64,000 nt of DNA, taken from positions 248,001-312,000 of the forward strand of contig JAYWIR010000063.1 of assembly GCA_036172245.1 (NCBI GenBank), written 5' to 3'. The translations under genes were made by a program, and so were the position numbers. A model generated the notes under the pieces. The model did not search any database and was not told where the DNA came from. It saw nothing but the letters and a program-made list of their open reading frames with translations. The DNA comes from Raillietiella orientalis. Its lineage: Eukaryota. Shown piece after piece: positions 47,071 through 58,800 of this stretch (position 1 is the stretch's first letter; each line of letters starts with the position of its first letter).

Positions 47071-49899
47071 GATATATCTCTTCACGCAGCAGCACGTGCG
47101 TATGCAACAGCGCATGCACAACGGCGCCTACGCAACAATGCACGCGCGCATGCAACGATCGTGCGGTATGCGTAACGCGTCGTTCGTGGAGCCACCAATG
47201 TGATGCAAGAAAAAGTCCGATGCCATTCATGAAAACTGTTGCGGCCGCTTAATTTTGCATTCATTCATTTTTTCCCGGGAAAATGCATCCGGCCATACCT
47301 CAGCTTGCAGCAGCCAGGGAGGCAGAATCTGTAGGGGTGCGTACCTCCAGTAGTGTCCTCCCAGCGCAGCTGGGCACACAGCCAACCCATGCATGCGCAC
47401 CCAGCACAAGAACGGGGCCTGTAGCGCCATCTCTCAAAGTTTGTGAACCTGCAATTTGAAGACGCGGGTCCCAGGCAGCTACCCGAAGTTCCGTGGACAA
47501 CGGGATTTTCGATAAATGTAAAGGAAGCGAGGGCGTGCTCAGACTCCGGCTGTGTGCTGCAGTGCGTTTTCTTCGGCTACTTTTTTCAATCTTTGTTCCC
47601 GCGTAGGAAAAATCTGCATCATTCATTCGTGGGGCAGTCAGCGAGGAGTAAACGTCAAATACGTGCGATTACCACCGGGCATGTGATGCTCGTAATGCAC
47701 GCATGTGCACGCGGGGCAAGGCGAGCTACACGACTTGTGTAGCATCTGAATCAACCCTCTGTGAGTCATGACGATCTGCGCACTGATGACTTGTGCTCGG
47801 GAAGCGAACAAGCGCGGTGCTCGCATCCGAGAGAGCTGGGGACTTCCTCCTCCGGGAACGAGGGTAGTCGGTGCTCTTCCGTCAAGCCATGCGTCCCCTA
47901 GATCGTGATCTCCCTGCGCGCGAATGCAGCAGTAAGTGGAACAGCCTTCCACGGGTGTGTTTCTCGCCTTTGACAACCGAGGTCCCAACGGTGCGCTCAG
48001 GCGCGCTCCAGAGTGGCACCAACGTCCCAAAGGAGTGCTCCCTGAAGTGGGGGCACCGTGAGCGATGGGAACGAGCGCGTTTGTTCGGCATCTCCGAGCT
48101 CCTACCTCTCCTCTGATGAGGATGGCAAAGACATCTTGTGGTGCCAAAATCACATCAAGGGAAGTGTTCCTTGATCGAATATGGAGTTCTCTTCAGCGCC
48201 GGCGAGCTCAGCCGGGCATGAGGTCACCGGCAGACTTTGTGCTCCCTTGCACGAACGGGCAGCTGTCCCAGCGAGACGTCATCGCGTTTCCTGATGAGTC
48301 CTGGACCTTTCGCGACACATTCCACTATGCTTCCCCGGCAAGTTGCAAGTTCTTTAGCTTCGCCATCCGAAACAATGGAGAAAGAAGAAGACCAGCACGT
48401 GCAAAAGAACAGGAGTCTAGGAAGAGCAGGAGAACAAGCCAAGGGTGGAAAGGCGCATGCAAAGTTAAGATCTGCTATCACGGGAGTTTTCTTGTCTCAT
48501 CCCACTTTTATTCCCACTCGAAAGTCCCGAGAATTATTTAGGAAATGGATTTCCGATCTTCCAAAAAGAAGCCGATAGCAGCACCTTCCACAGACCACTC
48601 CTGAGGACGCGAGTAGAGGTGGCGAGGAAGAGTCTCCTAGGAAACTGAAGTTCTGCGACCAGAATGGGAGGTTTTCCTCTGCCGGCTAGAGTCATTCGGT
48701 AGCGGCCCTTAACAGACAGGGCTGGTGGATCTTGAGTATCAATCTTGGACGACGACGATAAGCTCGTCCTGAGCCCGGTAGGAAGTCTCGGACCACCGCC
48801 TTTGCCGCGGAGCGAAGGATTCCGAGAGCGTCCATCTCATCAGCGGCGTCCCGTCTCCTGATCTGGAGAGTTCTTGAAAACGACTTTCCCTAAGGTTTGC
48901 CTCAGTTGCAGAGGTCCTCTCGTGATGGTGGCAATTTCCCTTTCGAGTATTGGCCCTAGGGGTGGTTGATGTCGTTGATGATGGATCGTGTGAATATGGA
49001 GAGCGTTATTAGTAATGAGGGTAATGAGGAACCGGGGCTGTTAAAAGAGTTCCCGTATGACACGGAAGCATCGTAAACGCACTCGTTTCCGGATACCAGA
49101 TGAGCGTTCTTTTCGGTATCTTTTCAGAAACCCACGCAGATTCGTCGTCATCAATTTACTGCACTGTTAATGAGAACCATCGTGTTCAGGGGATTCGCGC
49201 TTCGATCTCGTCCGTCATTAACCACTTGCTTTCCCTTGGAAGATTGTTTCTGAAATTTCTAATCGAAGATGGCAGACATGATGACCACAATTTTTCTCTC
49301 ACAGTGGCAAAATTTTTTAGAAGGATTCGAAAAATGAATCAGCCGCGGTCTGAACTCCTGGTCTTGACTTTCAGTCCCATCGCGGACTACAAACTGATGG
49401 AAGAACCCAAAGGTACAGCCTGAACAAAACACACTCGTGCACACACTCACGAATGGTAAAAAGGTGCTCTGGAACACCTCAAACAGACTGCAAAGATGTA
49501 ACAGAATTTTTCCGAAAACTGTGTGCTGGTAGATCGGTAGCTGAAATTCCAGGGAAGGGAAAAGTTCTTCCAAACGGCTTATTCTGGTTTCGTGAGTTCA
49601 TCACAAAGCCGACTACAAGAAATGAAGGGTGTTTTGAAGGGAAGTCAGTAGTTGAAATCTGATCCAAGAAACAAAGATATTGAGGAAAGAGGCTTGGAGA
49701 GTATTTGAAATACGATTCCGATGATTTATAAGAGGCTGTGAAAACAAAAGGAAGGATTTTTAGGCGTGCCTGAAGAATTTACGCTACCTAGGCTGATTTG
49801 GGAAACAATTTCACACTAAAAAAATGCACAGAGTGGTTCTGAGTGATGTTCATTCTCAAGACAAGCCTCCACGGAGAAACATGGAGGCCAGCGGTGGTG

Positions 49900-50700
49900 G
49901 GTTTCGTGGTTTGCTTGCAATCGTCAGAAGTGGGCACGATCTGCCTTTGGACAGGGGTGTGGGTAGGCCTCTCTCCATAAGAGCAAGGAGCAACTCCAAA
50001 TAATAAAACTCGAAATACAATTTATTCGTTCATGAGGAAGCATGTCCTCTGATTCGCAAGAGAAAGGGATCATTTGAATTTTTAGGACAGTATTGCGTCC
50101 GTCGAATGATGCGCCAAATATTGTCTTTGGTGACCATATGATGTAAAGGTTTGCACATGTGTCCGTATACATGACGAAATACAAGGCAGAGTCCGTTTGC
50201 GCCCTCTATTCTACTGTAAGCTCTAAACACACTTGTGGAAATCTGGAAGGGTGCCTCTGTTTCTGCAGGCCTCTCCAGCAGTGTTTCCCAGTGGAATACC
50301 AGAAAGGTTCGAACCATTACAAATATCTCAATAGTCTGTGAAATAGATGGATAAATAAAAAAGCAAAGTTTCCGGATAGGATGTACTCTAAAGAACATGT
50401 GGCACATTCCAATAGATCATCCTAATAAATCCTTTCCTGTCAAAAACAGCGTGTGGGAGAGCACCAACTATGAGAAAATCGAAAAGTTCATATGTTTTGG
50501 CATTTGCCAAAGTCTTGTCCACATGCGATGTGTGTAGGTTTTGCCATACGACATAATCAACGACTAGCAGCGAGGCTTCCATCTTCATTGCTTAAAGCTT
50601 TCATTCCGTTTTGCAGCTTCAGAAATCGAAACTGCATTCAGCAGTGGACGGCGCAACACGGATACGCTCGTTCCTTTATCTGAGAAGCAACCTGAGAAAG
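49900..50700 (-). mobile_element. Decayed Gypsy-like integrase region
   Basis: Minus strand YVVWQNL...KCQ...PHAVFDR...FPQVCLELTVE resembles the integrase zinc-binding/rve regions; frameshifted. Confidence 0.45.
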
Positions 50701-51732
50701 AAGAAGGGACAAATGGATGCCTTTCGGAGTCTCGCGGAAACCGCGCCTCGGCGACCAGCAGAGCCGAGCCGAGGGTCGGATGTCACGGCGGAAGAAGGAT
50801 GGCGCTGGCGCGAAACGGGTCGGAGCAGCACTCCGGGATTGGGGTTTGTGATCGAAAGGATTGGTGAGGATGAAGGGCTAATAAGGTCGAATCCGAAATC
50901 AAACCAAAGACGCTGGAAAGGTTCCCGGCTCGGAAAACTCGGAACCGTAGTTTCTTCCCTGTTTTCGTCCGTTTGGCATCCGTCGAGTTGCTGCGGGCAG
51001 CGTGCATCCCACTCGAGAAGACGATCTCTTTCTTCCGGGTGCTTCCCCTCAGAGGTGTTTCAGTTCAGCTTTCGAAGGGAGGCCCTGCCGACTCCCAACG
51101 CATTCAAGGAATATGAGGAAGTGAATCTGCACCTTCGCGTTTCGCCCGCCCCGCTGCGGTCTTTGGGAATAACCAAAATTCATGCCCTGTCGGTGAAACG
51201 CGATGGGGATGACCGAATCGTCGCTCCCTCCTCGCCGCTCGTTTGGTTCCCGCCTTCTCTTTTGCATCAGCATCCGCGGGTGCACGTGAAAGGGTGGGTC
51301 AACGGGCAACGCAGCCACCGGCGAGGACTCCTCCCTCCACAGGAGGCAAACCGTGGATCCGCAGATCCCGAGGAGCCTCCGAGTTTCCGGCATCCCGCAG
51401 GAACTCCGGGACGGGGACGAGGGATCGGAATGGCGGGCAGCCTGGACACGTAGCCCGTGTGAGCGCGTGGGGTATTCAGGTGTGCTCAGTACGTGCGAAA
51501 GGAAAAAATATATATATATATATTTTATTTATTTTGTCTTCCAGAAGAGCTGAGCTTCTCTTGGGAGCGAAACGAAATCGTACCGAGGGAAAGGAATGAA
51601 TAAAAAAGGAGTACACAAATACACACACACACGTGGAATAATTCGGTAATGAAGTGAATTGAAAGTATTCGATGAAAAGCAGCATTTGAAAGGTGGCAGA
51701 GGGGGAGGGGGGGAGAGAAAGAAAAAAAAAAC

Positions 51733-51736
<4 letters not shown>

Positions 51737-51771
<35 letters not shown>
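51737..51771. repeat. (CA)n microsatellite
   Basis: Directly visible. Confidence 0.95.
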
Positions 51772-51775
<4 letters not shown>

Positions 51776-52004
51776 CGATCTGATTGAAAGACTTAAAAGA
51801 CGGCTCCGGTCAGTGTAAACGTTTCGAATTTTCGGCAGTGCAGTGTTCTCTCGTGTTGTCGTTTTTTTGAAACATACGTCGTCTCTGAATGGAATGGGAA
51901 AGCGGGAAGGGACTGAGGGAGGAACGTCTGGCTGTTATTTATTTTATTTCCCGTGTCTGCTGCCGGATTTTCCCGCCGTGAAGCACCACCAGCCGGCCCT
52001 CACC

Positions 52005-52316
52005 GGGAATTTTCCCAACCCCCGGACGTCACCACCGCAGGAAGGGTGTTCCCCCCCCCCCTGCTTTCGCCCCCCCCCCCCTCGCAAACACCGTGCACGC
52101 GGTGTTTCGAAGCCCCGAGCGAGAGGACGGCTGCTGCCCGAACGTACACCACCACCATTTTCCCTCCCCCCGTTCCCCGGAATGCCCGTTCCGGGATGGA
52201 AGTTGCTCCTGGGATTCCTCCCCCCCCCTCCCTTTCCCCCCGTGGGGTGGGGTGCACGAAGCAGCCCGTTTCGAAAAAAGTGGGGAGGGGGGGGGAGGCG
52301 GGGATGGAAAATTCCA
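52005..52316. repeat. MITE-like segment with short terminal inverted repeats and C/G runs upstream of USP9X
   Basis: ggaattttcccaacccc (52006) vs ggggatggaaaattcc (52301-52316); left part C-run rich, right part G-run rich. Confidence 0.35.
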
Positions 52317-52845
52317 ACGAGTTTTCGGGGGATTTGTGGGTCTTCACCATTCGAGACGTCGGTTCGTTTGCACGCACAGATTCCGTGTGTGTACATGTGT
52401 GCTCGCAAAGAGTGTGTGCGTACCGTACTCGCGGCTCGTGTATGCCTGGCCGTACACCAGTACACCAGTAAATTGTGGACTTTGTAGCCCCAAAAAAAGA
52501 GGAAAAAAATGTGGTGGTGTGGTTGATCAGCGAAAGCGAAATTACCGCGGGCAGGGAGATGATTGGATGGGTGAATGCTGCCTCAATGTTATCACTCTTA
52601 CTTGAAATTTGTGCTCATTATTTACGTTGTGTTAACTCATTTTTTCTTACCTTTTTTTTTAAAAAAACAAAAAAAAATCGTTCCAAAAAGAACACTTACG
52701 ATTAGGAACTGATGCTTGTGCTATAACGATTTTTGTTCAGAGCTATGAGTTATCCTTATTTGTAAAAATTCGAAAAGAGGATGCACACAGTTTCTGCACC
52801 AAAAGTAATGTATAATAAGTGATCGTCTCAGCTTCTTTCGACAAA

Positions 52846-55800
52846 ATGACCATTGCTGTGCGTGTGTCATCTGTGCAGGAAGAAGAAAAAGAAAAGCACT
52901 CTGTACAGTCTGGGAGCACAGCTCAGGTAACATTTCAGCATTCGTATGGTGTAAGGAATGTAAGGGTTGCTCACTTTAACACCAGATTGATTTGGATAAA
53001 TGCAACTGGAACAATCATAACAGCAATAATCTCAAAGGAACTAAGAATTCCTTTGAGTACTAATTTGTGGTTGAGTAAAATTTTGTCAAAAAAAATTGTC
53101 ATAGTTACATCAAGTACCTTCCAATCATAGCAATTTGTGTTGATACAATTCTGGATTAAGCATATTGCAAAGTGAATTTCCCATTGAAATCAGAGTTTTT
53201 TTTCTTCTGATAAAGTTAAAGATTCAGTAAAATTCTGTACTCTTTGTGTATAAAAAACAGTAAAACCGTATAAAATTCCAAGTCAAAGTTTCTCAAACAT
53301 CATGGTTGAAGAAAAAAAAAAAAAAAAAAACTTCTGCACCTTTGTTTTTGGTTTTTCTCCTGATGGTGTCATGCTATTTGCGAGAAAAGACAATCTGCCA
53401 TGAACGATATCAAGTTTTCTAACAAACTGTTATTTTTTTTTTGCAACATAATTTTGGATGGATGCATACATTTACTGTCGTTTAACATTTTTATTTTTTT
53501 CTTGACCGGATGAAACTTTTTTTCCCTTATGCATACAATTCGGGCATTTGCAAACATTAAAACCACTAAAAGTGATATTGAGCTTACAAATCGAATTCCT
53601 TTATTTTTTGGTATGAAAATTATTTATTTCCATTTCTTTCTGTTATTATTCTCCAGATTCATATCAGTTTTAGTTACTAGTCAGCAAGCATGTGTTGGTA
53701 TATCTAAATATGACCCCGAAAATTTACATGAAATTTATAGAAACTGCTATGGACGAAAATTAAGTGTTATTCTATGATCTTAGAAGTTTTTGTTTATCTA
53801 TGTTTGTTCTATGTTTTTGTTTTTGTTTTGCATTCAGTTGTGTAATTAGGAATTTATGGTTCATTGAACAAACTAGCCTCATCTGTCAAAAAACTTTTTC
53901 AAGATGCATTTCCCTCTTAATAAGTAGGAAGACTTCTTGCACCATGTGCTCTTCATAGTCTGTGGTACAAGGATCTAATGAAATTGATTTTATCTGTTTT
54001 TTGTCAAGTGTTTCCTCATGCTTCATACATGAGCTATTACAAGCTTTTAAGTTGATATCAGCCCAATTCAGGTCCTATCATAGCCTTTTTATTAAGGTTG
54101 TGCACATCGTACCATTTTTTTGGAATAACAATCAGAAACAAGAATAATTCGATGATGGTGCCTTTTAAACAAAAAGACAATAGCTGAAGAAAAGGTAGAA
54201 CTTCAGTTGATTTGGAATTGTCGGAATTATCAAACTTCAGCAGATGGAAAGCTCCCAAAGTTAGACATTAAGACCATTGGAAAGATATCACTTGATTCAT
54301 GTTTTGTTATTTTTGCACATTTCCTCATCACATGATTATAACTTATTGTAAAGGAATGATTGTAAAAACTTTTGCAAACATTCAAAGTAGATACTGCAAT
54401 GCATGCTGGCAAGGTGAAAAAGACATAGAGGTCCTTTATTCTTTAAAAAATAAGAATATGTTCGAGTAGAATAGGTAAAATTTCTGATGTTCCCAGTTCT
54501 GTCGGCAGGAATGGCATCAAAACTGTATATAAAAAACAAATGAAGCAGCATATGAAAGATGGAAAAATGAGCTTAGAAAAAGTATGACATGATTCTAGTT
54601 ATGAAAAGAATAAGAGTGCAGTATTGCACATTATTTTCTGCAGGATATGTTTGTTGCTGCATCACATTTCAAGAATTTTTTATTAGATATTGCTTTAGAA
54701 TTTTATATCTTCTTTCTAGAGCCATAGATTTTGATCAAATTCAGGACTTTGTAAAGAAAAAACTCTTAGCAATGCTCTTTACACACAGTTTCAAAAAGTA
54801 TGTGTAATATGCCCAAAGGTTTGAAAACAGTTTAACAGTAATACAGATGCAGCATTTTTCAGTAATGTGTTGTTTTAGAAGATGATTGTGCTAAGGATGT
54901 AAATAATTAAAAAATTCACACCAAAGCTTGATCATCTATCAAAAAGGAAGAAGAAAAAGAAACAAGAGCTTTCAATAGTGGGATAATCAGTCTGGGATGG
55001 TGTGAAGAGATTCCCTAAAATTTTAGAAAATCAATGTTGAAGCGCAGAAGGAAAGTTGAAGCTCAGTTGAAGGAAACATATAAGTGTCTGACCTTGAAAA
55101 ATGATGCTCAAATCAGTTCAAGACTTGTAGAGATTCTGTTTATAGAGATTCTGCTTCCCTTGACTGTTGTTATATCCTCTGAGCATGTATAAGCAGGGAG
55201 GCAGGAGGAAACAAATGAAAAATTTGATTTTTATCGAGAACGATAGTCAAAAGCTTCTGTTTATAATATGAGACGAATCCTTAAGCAAAAGCATTTGAGA
55301 ATCACTAAACAGAAAATGAAAGATCAGATCAGAAAAAATGAAAAATAACATTCAATTTTTAATTTTTCATCTGTTATTTTATGATTTATACTCTGAGAAA
55401 ACTTGGAAGTTCATTTTGTAAAGATTTTTTATGATGCAGAAATAGAATAACAAAAGTTTTGCTTCTTAGCACATTTGTATTAGTGCATATTGGGATGATA
55501 ATAGAAATTATGAAAATAAATGGAATGCACACGAGGGTTCTTTACCAGTTAGATTGTTTTTCATTTTCCCATTGAATGTTAAGGAAAAATCTATAAAAGG
55601 TCTAATAAACATTATCATTATGATTACAAACAAAGAAATCCTGAAGTTCTGCTGCAATCAATTGTGCCGTACTTAAAATGTATCAGTTGGTTTGACTCTC
55701 ACCTAGCTCAGGTAATTGGATAATTGTGGTAAGAAGTAAAGGAACAAATGACCAACTAACATACAGTTACCTGCAGCTCAGGGTGTTGTGTGTTAGCAAA

Positions 55801-58800
55801 AGGATTAAATCATTTTGTAATTTATGGTAGTCTCAAACTAGTTTTTGTATCAAAAATACATAGCCAAAGAATAAATGTCCATCTCATGACATTTGATGAT
55901 CCAAACAGAAAAATTATTTATAAAAGAAAAATTGAGTTAGTTGTGTTAAAAATCGAGATATTGAAATTCCAAACTACCATCAGGTTTTAAAAATTGATGT
56001 CACATTAGAAATCCGCTGTTACATAAAATTCCCATGCTGATATACTTAGATATCCTTGGAAAGGAATTTTTACTTATTGATAGTTTCCAAGTTTTATTCA
56101 TATTGACTAAAATGTGGAAAAGCAGCATTTGTTGAAAAAATAATTTCCAATTAGTTCTCAGAAGTCCTTGTACTGAAAATTGTAAACTTAAATAATAAGT
56201 GGATGAACATTTAAAATGGATTGATGATAATGAAGTTTTACTAAAAGTTTTGTATTATTTGTTTGTACTTTAAGTGAATTAAATTTGAGATTTGCAATAG
56301 ATTAGATGTCCGAATGGAATTGCCTCCAGCATCTTTACATATTGTAAATGTTTGTCACATGAATGTAAGATTTTTGTTTTATTTCTGTTAGTACAGTTTA
56401 TATGTATACAAGAATCAGCTGATAGCCTTGTATGTAAGGGAAATATTTGCTCCTATCTAATTATAAATTCCAGGGCAGATAATTGTCTTACATCTGTTAA
56501 TGGAATAAAAAATAGAGTAGCTCATAAATTAAAAGGTTTCCAATTTCTGCCATTACTGGTAATAAGACATCTTAGGATTGATAAACGTATTAAAAATTAA
56601 GCGTATTGGATAAACGTATTAATTATTTATGAGGAAAGAAGGTGTTGCTAAATGTTTTTTCCTAATCATTAAGAATTATGTGCTTTATTCATGTATGTAC
56701 TTTTATACTCATCGTATACATATTTATCATTATATGAAAAATGCATGATTTATTACAAAGCAGGAATTTCTAGTTAAAACTTTTAGTTCTTTCAGATAAA
56801 TTCCAGTGACATATCATCCAGAATTATGGAGGAAAATCATCAAGAAGGGCAAATACCTAATTTCCCCTTACAGCAATTGAACAAACTAGATGAGATGATA
56901 AGTCGTCCTCGTTGGATTGTACCAGTTTTGCCTGAAGGGGAATTGGAGATTCTTCTTGAAGCTTCCATAAATCTGTGCAAACTTGGACTAGATTCTGAAA
57001 GTGAATCTTGTCAACAATTTTTCAAAGAAGGCCTTACAATTTCTTTCACCAAAATTTTAACTGATGAAGCAGTCAATGGATGGAAATATGAAATACATGT
57101 TAGTGACATTCATCAAAAAAAGTGCTTTACGTAAGAGGTTTTCCAGAAATGCATCATGAAGAACTGTGAAAGGCTAATAGAATTATGTGTGTTGAAACTT
57201 TCTCAGGATTTCTTTCCCCTGCTGGAGCTCTTAGCTGTAGTGCTTAATCCAAATAACAAGTATAATTAGTTGAAAGTTATTATGTACTCTAGCATTTGGT
57301 ACTAGATTTCATAGTTTCAATAGCAGCAGGCAGTCAGAATCAGTTTCTATAAATTCCTGTATGTCTGAGGAGCAAGTTTTTGCACGCCCAGTGGATAGTA
57401 GAATGCCTCGTGGATGGCTTGTTGATCTAATTAATAGGTTTGGACATTTGGGAGGTTTTCAAATTCTTCTTGATAGGCAAGTATTTATTTCAAATTTAAT
57501 AACTTGGAAAAAATGATTCAAGATTTGAGACAGGACAGAATCTTTCTGTTGCTTTGATTTTTGCTCTGCTAAGACCTTTTGGAAATTGCATTGATCTTCT
57601 CACCAAGGGGACAATTCATAAGTATTTTATCCCTATTGTGGTTAGTAAAGAAAAAGTATTAGAAGATTTTTTTAAAGCATTTTATAGGACATGGTGCCTC
57701 AGTTCTTGGAAAATCTCTCAGATAATGAACTTAAGAAAGAATCTAAAAGTGAATCAAAAAATGATGCTTTGTCTTGTCTGATCAAGTACTTAAAAGATTT
57801 TGCTAGTCGAATGCCTCATGGGGAGGATAGAATGAAACAGTTAGAAGTATTTCGTTTGAAAATAATTCTCAGGTACTGGTTAAAATATTGCATTGTACCA
57901 AGATTTTTTGTGCAGACTGTTACAGATTTCGTCCTTCAATGGAAAGATGAATGCCCTTAATGAGCTAAACAAAATTATCTCAAGCATTGCATATTATTCA
58001 CATCGTCACAGTAATATGGACGAGGACGAATGTTTGACTTCTGAAAGAATAGCGGTAATGAAGTGTTACACTGATATATTTGGTTAATGCAATTTGTACA
58101 GGGATGGATTAAGGAAAACAAAGTTTTGCAGATAGTGTTAAAGGATTCTTTGCACCAGCCACAGTATGTAGAAAAACTGGAAAAAATCATTCGTTTTGTG
58201 ATAAAGGTAACATTCTTATCCTGGATTTTTTCTGCATATGCATTTTCTTTAGGAAAAAACATTGACGATGGAAGATTTGGACAACATTTGGTGTGCACAA
58301 GCAGGAAAACATGAAGCAATCGTTAAGAATGTACATGACTTATTGACTAAATTAGCTTGGGATTTTTCTCCAGACCAACTTGATCATTTATTTGAATGCT
58401 TTCAGGTCTGTTGATTTTTTCTACGTTTATTTTTCAAGATTCTCAAATGTTAGATAAGCTGGACACAAGCAAATCGCAAACAAAGAGAAAAACTGTTGGA
58501 GCTTATACAGAGGCTGGCAGAAGATGACAAAGATGGGATTATGGCTGGCAAGGTATTCTCATTTATGATATAAAGTTATTACTTTCAGAGTATCCAAACT
58601 CAAAATAAACTGATATAAAATACGTAAATTAATAATATTGTTTTGTGTTAGTAAACATAACCATTGCAATGCAGGCATAATCAGTGTATTTTGAGTGCCA
58701 TCTTTTTGCATTTTTATAAAGAAGACATTGAATGTAGGTAAACTGATATCTTATCACATAAGATAATGACAAGCAAATGTTGACTGTCGTACTTTGGAAG

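Noticed and set aside
48285..48325. Hammerhead core ctgatgagtcc
   Set aside because: No GAAA after the putative stem II and no flanking stems.
59..48500. Numerous long overlapping ORFs (e.g. 4636-6213, 525 aa; 31252-32202; 40669-41667)
   Set aside because: Arg/Pro/Gly/Ala-rich translations in all six frames are expected from high GC and stop-codon scarcity; no domain motifs.
1..48500. Bacterial contamination or HGT explaining the GC-rich domain
   Set aside because: It contains a spliced metazoan aGPCR with the same tiny-intron class as USP9X, plus metazoan retroelements; no operon-like genes.
52950..53310. Penelope-like RT fragment on the minus strand (SMGNSL)
   Set aside because: Only one weak motif; too degraded to support.
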